Origin: Planctomycetota bacterium
GTDB taxonomy: Bacteria > Planctomycetota > PLA2 > JAEUHO01
Direction: 5' to 3'
Length of the DNA: 46,362 nt
Assembly: GCA_050248855.1 (NCBI GenBank)
Contig: JBFWRP010000034.1
Location: 1-46,362 of the forward strand
The position numbers were made by a program, and so were the translations under genes. A model generated the notes under the pieces. The model made no database searches. It had not been told where the DNA came from and saw only the letters and a program-made list of their open reading frames with translations. The number at the start of each line of letters is the position of its first letter. The stretch's first letter is position 1. This document shows, piece after piece, positions 37,787 through 46,040 of this stretch.

Positions 37787-38479
37787 ATGTCCAAGACCAA
37801 CTTCTTCGTCGTGATCGGCTTGCTGCTGCTGGCCGCCGTCGCCGTTGCCCCCGACGCGCACGCCAAGAGCTTCATGGAGGCCGTGATCACCGACGGTGGC
37901 GCGATCGGGTGGGTGATCATCCTGCTCTCCGTCGCCACGGTGGCCCTGATCATCGAGTACTCGGTCAACGTCCGCGCCGACAAGATCTGCCCGCCGGAGA
38001 TCATCGACGAGGTCGAGGCCCTCCTCGAAGAGGACGACTACCAAGAGGCCCTCGAGCTCTGCGAGTCGGAGCCCAACTTCGTGACGCGAAGCCTGGCCGC
38101 AGGCTTGCCCCGCATCAACGAGGGCTACCTGGCGGTCAAGGAGAGCGTCGAGGCGACGGCCAGCATCGAGGCCGTCAAGCTGCAGCAGAAGATCGGCTGG
38201 ATGCTGTTCATCTCGAACGTGGCCCCCATGCTGGGTCTGTTCGGCACGGTGTACGGCATGATCGAGGCCTTCAACGTGATCGTGGAGAAGGGCGCCAACC
38301 TGGGCCCGGCCGACCTCGCCGGAGGTATCTCGGCCGCCCTCGTGACGACCTTCCTCGGCCTGTTCGTGGCCATCCCCGCCGTCGCGGCCTACCAGTTCTT
38401 CCGGAACAAGGCCACGCGCATCTCCATCCACTTCGCGGACGTGCTCGAGGAGATGATCGAGCGCTTCCGCGGCAAGTAG
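37787..38479 (+). CDS. exbB: MotA/TolQ/ExbB proton channel protein
   Basis: APMLGLFGTVYGMIEAF and LAGGISAALVTTFLGLFVAIPA; N-terminal signal-like segment. Confidence 0.93.
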   Translation: MSKTNFFVVIGLLLLAAVAVAPDAHAKSFMEAVITDGGAIGWVIILLSVATVALIIEYSVNVRADKICPPEIIDEVEALLEEDDYQEALELCESEPNFVTRSLAAGLPRINEGYLAVKESVEATASIEAVKLQQKIGWMLFISNVAPMLGLFGTVYGMIEAFNVIVEKGANLGPADLAGGISAALVTTFLGLFVAIPAVAAYQFFRNKATRISIHFADVLEEMIERFRGK

Positions 38480-38487
38480 CAGCTGGC

Positions 38488-38543
38488 GGGCAAGCGGCGG
38501 GTCGGGGGACGGAGCGCACCGTCCCCTGCCCGGTCGCTTACCC
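38488..38543 (+). other. intercistronic stem-loop between exbB and exbD1
   Basis: Core GGGGACGG-agcgca-CCGTCCCC (38505-38526), extendable with bulges; no U-tract. Confidence 0.5.
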
Positions 38544-38620
38544 TGCCCTGGGGTGCCGACCCGGACCCGACCCGGCGCCCACCCACGATGACCTCTGACG
38601 TCCGACCCCGGGAACAGCCC

Positions 38621-39157
38621 ATGAGCCGACGCAAACTCCCCGAGACCGAAGAAGTCAAGATGAACATGACGCCCATGATCGACATGACCTTCCTGTTGGT
38701 CGTGTTCTTCATGTTGACGATCGACTTGACGACCAAGGAGTTCCTCCCCGTGTCGCTGCCCTTCGCGACCCAGGGTGAGGAGAACAAGGACCGCGACCCC
38801 GACCACAAGCGCTTCGTCATCAACCTGGAAGCCGGTGGCTGGGTCGAGATCCGGAAGAACCGCTACGACCTCTCCAAGGAGAACCCGGTCGAGCAGGACC
38901 GCGCCGTCCAGGACCTCAAGCGGATGCTCAAGGCGTTCGTGGAAGACCGACGTGCGGCCGGCGAGGAAGTCTACGAGCCCGACGGTGCCTGCAAGGTGCC
39001 GGTGCTCATCCACGCGGACCGCGCCGCCCACTGGAAGTACGTCCAGTGGATCATGCAGGTCGCGGCCGACCCCTCCATCAAGATCTACAAGCTCCAGTTC
39101 AGCGTGAAGCGTCCGCCCAACATGAAGGATGCGGACGCGCCGGCGGGAGGTGTCTGA
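38621..39157 (+). CDS. exbD: ExbD/TolR family protein (copy 1)
   Basis: MNMTPMIDMTFLLVVFFML, VSLP, VLIHADRAAHWKYVQWIM. Confidence 0.92.
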   Translation: MSRRKLPETEEVKMNMTPMIDMTFLLVVFFMLTIDLTTKEFLPVSLPFATQGEENKDRDPDHKRFVINLEAGGWVEIRKNRYDLSKENPVEQDRAVQDLKRMLKAFVEDRRAAGEEVYEPDGACKVPVLIHADRAAHWKYVQWIMQVAADPSIKIYKLQFSVKRPPNMKDADAPAGGV

Positions 39158-39741
39158 TGGCCATGCAAATGCCCAAGGCCGAAGATACCGAGATGAACAT
39201 GACGCCGATGATCGACATCGTGTTCCAGCTCATCATCTTCTTCATGCTGCAGCTCAAGTTCAAGGAGATCGATCGCCAGATCGACAGCAACCTCCCGAAG
39301 GACCGCGGCCTCGCCGCCACGCCGACGCAGCCGCCGGACTTCCAGAAGATCAAGATCAAGGTCTTCCGTCGCGAGTTCGACAAGGCCGAGAGCGAGCAGT
39401 ACACGCTCGTGAAGATCGACAACACGCACGAGTTCATGCTGCCCAAGCATTGGAAGGGCTACAACGACGAACCCAAGGACCGCCAGCGCGAGTACGACGA
39501 CATGATCGCCAAGATCGAGGCGGTCGTGAAGTCCAAGTACGCCGCGCAGCCCGACAAGAGCCTGGTCAAGGGCGAGATCGTGGCGCCCCCGCCCAAGGGT
39601 GGCTTCGTCCCCCACGGCGACGTCATGCGCATGCTCGACATCTTCTTGGTGACCGGCCTCACCGACGTGGTCTTCGAGGGCGCAGCCGCCCCGCTGACCA
39701 ATGCCGAACGGGCAGCCGCCATGGGTGGCGGTGAGGGCTAG
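39157..39741 (+). CDS. exbD: ExbD/TolR family protein (copy 2)
   Basis: MNMTPMIDIVFQLIIFFML; VPHGDVMRMLD....G...V.F; TGATG-coupled to copy 1. Confidence 0.9.
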   Translation: MAMQMPKAEDTEMNMTPMIDIVFQLIIFFMLQLKFKEIDRQIDSNLPKDRGLAATPTQPPDFQKIKIKVFRREFDKAESEQYTLVKIDNTHEFMLPKHWKGYNDEPKDRQREYDDMIAKIEAVVKSKYAAQPDKSLVKGEIVAPPPKGGFVPHGDVMRMLDIFLVTGLTDVVFEGAAAPLTNAERAAAMGGGEG

Positions 39742-39945
39742 TCCCGACGCGCTCACAGGCTGGGGTGCGTGCGGGCGGCTCGCCCGATGCCCGGTCCCGC
39801 GCCACCATCGCCCTGACCACCCGATGAGCGTGGAAGGCTCCTTGGTTCCAGGCTTGGGCGCCTTGCGATTCGGGGAGCCCTGGAGCCGAGCGCCTTGCGG
39901 CACGTGCCGGTGGGCGCGATCGACTCGCGTGTCTCGGTGACCCGA

Positions 39946-39974
39946 CGGCCCCCGGCGACCCTCGCCGGGGGCCG
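39946..39974 (+). terminator. GC-rich hairpin, possible terminator after exbD2
   Basis: 13-bp stem CGGCCCCCGGCGA-ccc-TCGCCGGGGGCCG, weak T tail. Confidence 0.4.
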
Positions 39975-40017
39975 CTTGCGTCTTGGCGCGCCTCGGGCGT
40001 GGCCCGGAGCCACGGGC

Positions 40018-40060
40018 GCAAACCTGGGGTTTGCCTGGCGAGTCGGACAGGCGCTACACT
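40018..40060 (+). promoter_or_regulatory. sigma70-type promoter of exbD3 with overlapping palindrome
   Basis: TTGCCT(40031-36)-N18-TACACT(40055-60); GCAAACC-tgg-GGTTTGC (40018-34) overlaps the -35. Confidence 0.55.
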
Positions 40061-40162
40061 GCATCCGTCGCGAGCGCGCCCCGTTCGAGCGCCGCGGCAG
40101 CCTGCGAGGCCGCCCCCGAGCGGCCCGCGGACGTGGTCTTGTTCCGACCCGGAAGGACGACC

Positions 40163-40759
40163 ATGGCTCTCGCATCCAAGGACGGCGCCCTCGGGGCACG
40201 TCTGGGAGGTCGGACCGAGGACGGCGACCTCGAGCTGAACATGACCCCGATGATCGACATCGTGTTCCAGCTGATCGTGTTCTTCATGTTGCAGCTCAAG
40301 TTCAAGGAGATCGATCGCCAGATCGACTCCACGCTGCCCAAGACGGAGGGGCAGATCGCGCTGCCGGTCACGCCTCCGGAGACGGACCGTGTGACCCTCA
40401 AGGTCTTCCGCCGCGGCCTGGAGGGCCCGGCCACGCAGCAGATGACCGTCGTGCGCGTGGACAGCTCGCACGAGCTGATCCTGCCGACGGGCTGGACCTC
40501 CTACAGCGAAGAGCCGGCGCAGCGCCGGCACGAGTACGACGAGATGCTCCTGCGGCTCGCGTCCGTGGTGCGCGAGCGCGCTGCCGCCGCCGCGGACCGT
40601 AGCCAGCTGCTGGCCGAGATCGTGGCGCCACCCCCGAGCGGCGGGTACGTCCCCCACGGCGACGTGATGCGCATCCTGGATGTCCTCCTGCAGGAGGGCT
40701 TCCACGACGTTCGCTTCGAAGGGGCGCTGTCCCCGCTCCGCGAGGCCGCGATCCGCTGA
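40163..40759 (+). CDS. exbD: ExbD/TolR family protein (copy 3, paralog of copy 2)
   Basis: GGAAGGA RBS; LNMTPMIDIVFQLIVFFMLQLKFKEIDRQIDS; EIVAPPP.GG.VPHGDVMR.LD. Confidence 0.9.
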   Translation: MALASKDGALGARLGGRTEDGDLELNMTPMIDIVFQLIVFFMLQLKFKEIDRQIDSTLPKTEGQIALPVTPPETDRVTLKVFRRGLEGPATQQMTVVRVDSSHELILPTGWTSYSEEPAQRRHEYDEMLLRLASVVRERAAAAADRSQLLAEIVAPPPSGGYVPHGDVMRILDVLLQEGFHDVRFEGALSPLREAAIR

Positions 40760-40831
40760 CGGGCCTCCCCCGGCGGGCGGCCCACGCTCTCCAGGGAGGC
40801 AACCCCAGGCCCACGCGCGTACCGTGAAGGA

Positions 40832-42673
40832 ATGCACGGTACGCGCCTCTTCCTCCTGGCGGGCGTCGCCCTCGCCTTCGGCTCCGGGCTGCTGCTGGCC
40901 TCGGGCTGTGGCGAGCCGGATGACCCGACCACCGGCGTGCGCACGATCGTGTTGGTGACGCCCGACACGCTTGGTCGGCGCCATGTGGGTGCGTTCGCAC
41001 CGCAAGGCGGCCCAGGCGTCACGCCGCAGATCGACGCCCTGGCGGCGCAGGCCGTACGGTTCACGCGGGCTCGCGCGCCCGTGCCGCTCACGCTGCCCTC
41101 GCACGCGTGCATGCTCGCTGGCACGCCGCCGCCGCTGACGGGGATCCGCACCAACGCGGCGCCTCCCCTTCCTCCCGCGGAGGCACGGTCGTTCCCCCTC
41201 CTCGCGGAGCGACTGCGCGCCGCCGGCTGGCGCACGGGGGCCTTCGTGAGCGCGGCCGTGCTGGCGAAGGCGTACGGGCTCGACCAGGGCTTCGAGGTCT
41301 ACGACGACGAAGGCCTGGACGATCCGGCCGGCTACAGCGTGCGCGAGCGCGCGGGGGAACGGACGGTCGATCGCGCACTCGACTGGATCGGCTCGATCGC
41401 GCCTGCGCACCCGGCATTCGTGTGGGTACACCTCTTCGAACCGCATGCGCCGTACACCGAAGACGGCACCTACCTCGGCGGCGTGGCGCGCGTGGACCGC
41501 ATCGTGGGCGCCCTGCTCCAGGGGCTCGAAGCGCGTGGCCGCGGTGATGCGGTGATCCTTCTCGTCGCGGACCACGGCGAGGCCCTGGGCGAGCTCGGCG
41601 AGAGCAGTCACGGCCTGCTGCTTTCCGATGCCACGTTGGACGTGCCCTTCCTCCTCCGGGCGCCAGGTCTCGCCCCGGGAACCGACGACCGCGAAGTGCG
41701 GCTGGAAGACGTGGCGCCGACCCTGGCGGCGCTGGCCGGTGTCGCGTGGCCGGCCCCGGCCACCCGCTGGCACGGCTACGACGTGAGGGGGCCGTCCCCG
41801 CCGGCCGGGCGGTTGGCCAGCGAGAGCCTGTACGCCCACCAGCTCTACGGGTGGGCCCAGCTCGCCGGCATCCGCTTGGAGGAGGAGACCAGCGTGCTTG
41901 CCGGCGAGGGGCGGTGGCGACGCGTTCGCCGGACGGACGCTGCGGGACCCGGGCTCGCGGCGCACGAGGCTCCGAGAGCGGCCGCCCTCGATCAGCTTGC
42001 ATCCTACATGCTTCTGGATCCCGGGACGCACCAGGGCGGGGGGACGGCCCCGGGCTACTACGGCGGAGACGGCGGCACGGCGAGCTTCCTCACCGCCGAG
42101 GCGAACGCCCGTCTGCCCGACCCCTACGAGATGATTGCCTCCCACGACCGGCTGGATGCGGTCAAGGCGGCGACCGGGGGCCCATCGGCCTCCTCGCGGG
42201 CCCTGCGCGGGGGCCTTGCCGAGCTGTCGCGGCTGGCGGCCGCGGACCCGCAGAACCCGGAAATCCCCTTCGTGCGGGCCCGGGTCCTCGCGGCCCTGGC
42301 CGCACACGAGGGCGAGGACGTGACGCTCCTCGAAGCCTCCCGCGAGGCCGCCCTGGAGGCGCTCAGGCTCGGGCGCGGTGGGGTCGGCACGATCCTGGTC
42401 GCCGTCGACGCCGAGGCCCGCATCGGGCGCGCCCGGGACGGCGCGGAAGCGGGGGCACGGGCCGGCTTGGCACTCCTGGATCGCTTGGAGGCGGCGCTCG
42501 GCGAGGCCGACTGCCAGCTCCTCGTCCTGCGTGCTCGCTTCCTGGCGGATGTGCCGGGCGAGGAGGCGTCGCGAGCGCGCGACGCCGCTTGCGCGAGGGC
42601 CCGGGCGCGCTGCACGAGACCCTCCGAGCAGCGTCGGCTCGAGGGCGCGTGTGCCCCCGCGGCAGAACGGTGA
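40832..42673 (+). CDS. sulfatase-like hydrolase/transferase (alkaline phosphatase superfamily) lipoprotein with C-terminal TPR-like helices
   Basis: Lipobox-like LASGC; VLVTPDTL, PLTLPSH, GLDQGFEVYDD, FVWVHLFEPHAPY, VADHGE, VPFLL. Confidence 0.88.
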   Translation: MHGTRLFLLAGVALAFGSGLLLASGCGEPDDPTTGVRTIVLVTPDTLGRRHVGAFAPQGGPGVTPQIDALAAQAVRFTRARAPVPLTLPSHACMLAGTPPPLTGIRTNAAPPLPPAEARSFPLLAERLRAAGWRTGAFVSAAVLAKAYGLDQGFEVYDDEGLDDPAGYSVRERAGERTVDRALDWIGSIAPAHPAFVWVHLFEPHAPYTEDGTYLGGVARVDRIVGALLQGLEARGRGDAVILLVADHGEALGELGESSHGLLLSDATLDVPFLLRAPGLAPGTDDREVRLEDVAPTLAALAGVAWPAPATRWHGYDVRGPSPPAGRLASESLYAHQLYGWAQLAGIRLEEETSVLAGEGRWRRVRRTDAAGPGLAAHEAPRAAALDQLASYMLLDPGTHQGGGTAPGYYGGDGGTASFLTAEANARLPDPYEMIASHDRLDAVKAATGGPSASSRALRGGLAELSRLAAADPQNPEIPFVRARVLAALAAHEGEDVTLLEASREAALEALRLGRGGVGTILVAVDAEARIGRARDGAEAGARAGLALLDRLEAALGEADCQLLVLRARFLADVPGEEASRARDAACARARARCTRPSEQRRLEGACAPAAER

Positions 42674-43017
42674 CAGCCGCCCCCCGCGGCTCTCGCCTGG
42701 GGCGCGGAAATCGCGGCTCCGTCGCGCCCTGATGACACGGCGATGACGGCCTCCGATTGTCTTGGGAGCCCGTAGGGAGGGGGCCCGATCCCGCAAGGGA
42801 GCGGGCCCGCCACGGAAGTACCGTCGGCCGTCGAGCGGCTTGCTGCTTCATGGCCGGGTCCGCGCGCGTGTGGGAGCACGCCGTGGGCCTTCGACGGGCC
42901 CTTCGACAGGCACTCGGAGCGCGGCTCGCAAGGGCCATGCTGCGAGCGAGGCAGAGAGGCAGTCCGGGAGCGCCGACACGAGGTGTCGAGCGCGCCCTCG
43001 AGAGGAGCGAGTCGTCC

Positions 43018-45864
43018 ATGAAGCGCGTGCATGGCCTTCTTGGAGTCGCGGTGGTCGCCGCCCTGGCGTTGACCGCATGCCACGGCAGCGTGGTCGCCAA
43101 CACCAGCACCAACGCATTCGGCGGAGGCCTGAGCGGTTCCGCGTCCGACGACCTGCCGCCGGCCGGTCCGGCGGGCGCGCTCGCCGAGCCCCAGGCGATG
43201 CGGTCCGGCGGCATGGTGTACGTGCCGACGCACGTGAGCGCGTCCATCACCCACCCGGTGATCGCGGGCTTCGCGATGCCGGAGGACGATGACGCTCCCG
43301 CTCCCGACGAGGTCGTGGAAGAGGCCGTCGAGGACGCGGGCGAGGTCGTCGAGGACGCCGCCGACGCCGTCGAGGAGGCGGCACCCGAGGCGGCGCCGGC
43401 CGAGTCGAGCCCCGTCGAGCTGCGCGAGGCCGTCGTGGCCGACCGTCGCCGCTTCCTCGTCAGCCAGAAGATCGACACCGCGCGCGAGCAGATGCGTGCC
43501 GGCGACTTTGCCGCGGCGCAGGCCACGCTGAACGAGGTCCTCGACCTCGACCCGACCAACGCGGGCGCGCGCCACATGCTGCGCGAGACGCAGGCCGCGT
43601 TGGGCCACCGCGGGGCCACGGCCGGCACGTACGCCGACGAGCGTGCACTGCTCACCAAGATCCGCATCGACGAGCAGCGCACCAAGGCTGCCAAGCTCAC
43701 CGGTCAGGGCCGCATGCACCTGGACAACGACCGGTTCGACAGCGCGATCGAGGCCTTCGAAGACGCCCTCTTCATCATCAACACGTCCCCCTACCAGGTG
43801 GACTGGGGCAACATCCGCACGGAGGCCGAGAACGGCCTGCGCCAGGCCCGCACCCTGCAGGACGACGCCATCAAGGTGCGCCGTCGCGAGGCCATGGAAG
43901 AGGGTCTCACGCAGCTCGCCCGCGAGGAAGAGCAGCGCTTGATCCAGGAGATGGAGCGCTTGGCCAAGTGGATGGGTGCCGGGATCGAGGCCTACGAGCG
44001 CAACCAGTTCGACCTGGCCACGTCCTACGCCGAGAAGATCCTCGACGTCCAGCCCGACAACACGAAGGCCCGCGAGCTCCAGCTCTCCGCTCGTCGCGCC
44101 ATGCACGACAAGCGCCAGCTGCAGTTCCTGAACGACGAGAAGATCAAGTTCCGCGAGTGGTACGACGACATCCAGATGACGCGCGTGCCGCAGGACAAGA
44201 TCCTCAAGTGGCCCAGCCCCTCGTTCTGGTCGAGCATCACCAAGCTGCGCGCTTCGGCTCGCCCCAGCTTCGGCGACGTCGTCGACGACCCCGAGGCCCT
44301 GGCCCTGCGCCAGAAGGTCGAGAGCACGACGGTCAGCGTCAACGTGCAGGAGCAGGACTTCCCGCAGGTCGTCAAGTCCCTGCAGGTCCAGACCGGCTTC
44401 AACATCGTGATCGACGGTCGCGTCCAGACGGACCTCAACGACCGCATGGTGAACAACCTGGTCCTCAACGACGCCCAGCTGAGCACCGTGCTCAACATGC
44501 TCCAGGCCCAGGGTGGTGACGAGGGCATCGTGTGGACGACCAAGGGCAACGTGGTCCTCTTCACGAAGAAGGAGTTCCTTACCCAGAACCTCGTGGTGCA
44601 GATCCACAACGTGGCCGACCTCACCGCGGGCCTCACCAACTTCATCCCCCCCACGATCCGCCTCGTCGGCCCCGACGACGTGTCGGACGAGGAGCAGCCG
44701 CTCTTCGGTAGCGAGGCCGAGGAGCCCGTGCGGCCGTACGGTTCGGCGGACGAGCTGATCGAGCTCATCAAGGGCGCCGTCGCCCCGAAGTTCTGGGAAG
44801 AGGGCACGGGCGACATCAACGCCAACGGCGAGCGCACGCTCGTCGTGAAGGCCACCCCCGAGGTCCAGGCCCAGATCGCCCGCTTCCTCGACGACCTCCG
44901 CGGCTTCGCGGGCATCGTCGTCACGGTCGAGTCGCGCTTCCTGGCGGTCACCGAGAACTTCCTGCGCGACGTCGGTGTGGACTTCCGCGGTCTGGCCGGC
45001 GCGACGCCGGGCGGCCCCACGGCCCTCACCAACTTCAACGACGTGACGAACGGCCTGGACGACATCGCGTCGGCCGGTTTCGACAACAACGGCGTGGGTG
45101 GCGCGGCCGCGGCCGCCCTCAACCCGAGCTCGGGTGGCTTCTTCTCCAACGGCCGTCAGGGCGACTTCAAGACGCGTACCGAGAACATCTTCGACAACCC
45201 GCTCGGCACGGTGCTGTCGGCTTCGGGTGGTGCGAGCTTCACGCTCGGCTACCTCGACGGCAGCCAGATCAGCATGATCATCCGCGCCACGGAGAAGTCG
45301 CTGAGCGCTCGCACGCTGTCGGCCCCGATCGTCACCGTCTACAACACCCAGCGCGCCAACCTGACCATGGTCAACCAGGTGTCCTACATCCAGGACTTCG
45401 ACGTCGAGGTCGCGCAGACCTCGTTCATCGCGGACCCGATCGTGGGCATCATCCAGGACGGCCTCACCCTCGACGTGCGCCCGACGGTCAGCAACGACCG
45501 CCGCTACATCACGCTCGAGCTGCAGCCGACCGTGGCCACCCTGGTGCGTCCGATCGGCACGTTCACGACCTTCCTGGGTTCGTCGTTCGCGCCGGTCACC
45601 ATCGGCCTGCCCGAGCTGCGCCTGCAGCAGGCCCGCACCACGGTCCGCCTGCCGGACCAGGGCTCGATCCTGATCGGCGGTCTCAAGCAGATCCAGACGG
45701 TCGACGTGAGCAGCGAGACGCCGTTCCTCGGCAAGCTGCCGCTGCTGAGCTTCCTGTTCAGCCGCAAGGGCCGCAGCGACGAGGTGGCCCACCTCATGAT
45801 CATCGTGAAGGCCACGATCACGGACCTGCGCGAGCAGGAAGACGCCACCATGGGTCTTCGCTGA
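43018..45864 (+). CDS. lipoprotein secretin (GspD/PilQ family) with TPR region, paralog of 28451-31681 (948 aa)
   Basis: GAGGAG RBS; lipobox LTAC; TPRs; DGLTLDVRPTVSND, ARTTVRLPDQGSILIGG, PFLGKLPLLSFLF, LMIIVKATI. Confidence 0.92.
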   Translation: MKRVHGLLGVAVVAALALTACHGSVVANTSTNAFGGGLSGSASDDLPPAGPAGALAEPQAMRSGGMVYVPTHVSASITHPVIAGFAMPEDDDAPAPDEVVEEAVEDAGEVVEDAADAVEEAAPEAAPAESSPVELREAVVADRRRFLVSQKIDTAREQMRAGDFAAAQATLNEVLDLDPTNAGARHMLRETQAALGHRGATAGTYADERALLTKIRIDEQRTKAAKLTGQGRMHLDNDRFDSAIEAFEDALFIINTSPYQVDWGNIRTEAENGLRQARTLQDDAIKVRRREAMEEGLTQLAREEEQRLIQEMERLAKWMGAGIEAYERNQFDLATSYAEKILDVQPDNTKARELQLSARRAMHDKRQLQFLNDEKIKFREWYDDIQMTRVPQDKILKWPSPSFWSSITKLRASARPSFGDVVDDPEALALRQKVESTTVSVNVQEQDFPQVVKSLQVQTGFNIVIDGRVQTDLNDRMVNNLVLNDAQLSTVLNMLQAQGGDEGIVWTTKGNVVLFTKKEFLTQNLVVQIHNVADLTAGLTNFIPPTIRLVGPDDVSDEEQPLFGSEAEEPVRPYGSADELIELIKGAVAPKFWEEGTGDINANGERTLVVKATPEVQAQIARFLDDLRGFAGIVVTVESRFLAVTENFLRDVGVDFRGLAGATPGGPTALTNFNDVTNGLDDIASAGFDNNGVGGAAAAALNPSSGGFFSNGRQGDFKTRTENIFDNPLGTVLSASGGASFTLGYLDGSQISMIIRATEKSLSARTLSAPIVTVYNTQRANLTMVNQVSYIQDFDVEVAQTSFIADPIVGIIQDGLTLDVRPTVSNDRRYITLELQPTVATLVRPIGTFTTFLGSSFAPVTIGLPELRLQQARTTVRLPDQGSILIGGLKQIQTVDVSSETPFLGKLPLLSFLFSRKGRSDEVAHLMIIVKATITDLREQEDATMGLR

Positions 45865-45908
45865 TCCACGCTCCCCCACCCGGGGGCACCATCCCCGGGA
45901 CAGACCTC

Positions 45909-45945
45909 GCGAGCGCAGCCGCAAGGCTGCGCTCGCTTCGTTTTT
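45909..45945 (+). terminator. intrinsic terminator after secretin 2
   Basis: 12-bp stem GCGAGCGCAGCC-GCAA-GGCTGCGCTCGC followed by TTCGTTTTT. Confidence 0.88.
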
Positions 45946-45957
45946 GCCGCCATTGGT

Positions 45958-46040
45958 GGCGGGGAATTCTTCCGCAACTTGCCGCCCTGCTCTCGCGCCT
46001 GCGGAAGACCCATCGGCAAGTTGCGGAAGAATTCCCCGCC
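45958..46040. repeat. perfect 27-bp inverted repeat with 29-nt spacer
   Basis: GGCGGGGAATTCTTCCGCAACTTGCCG (45958-84) and its exact reverse complement (46014-40). Confidence 0.9.

Noticed and set aside
43290..43410. Repeated GTCGAGGA(C/G)GC units in secretin 2
   Set aside because: A coding low-complexity acidic linker (VEEAVEDAGEVVEDAADAVEEA), not a CRISPR array or DNA repeat element.
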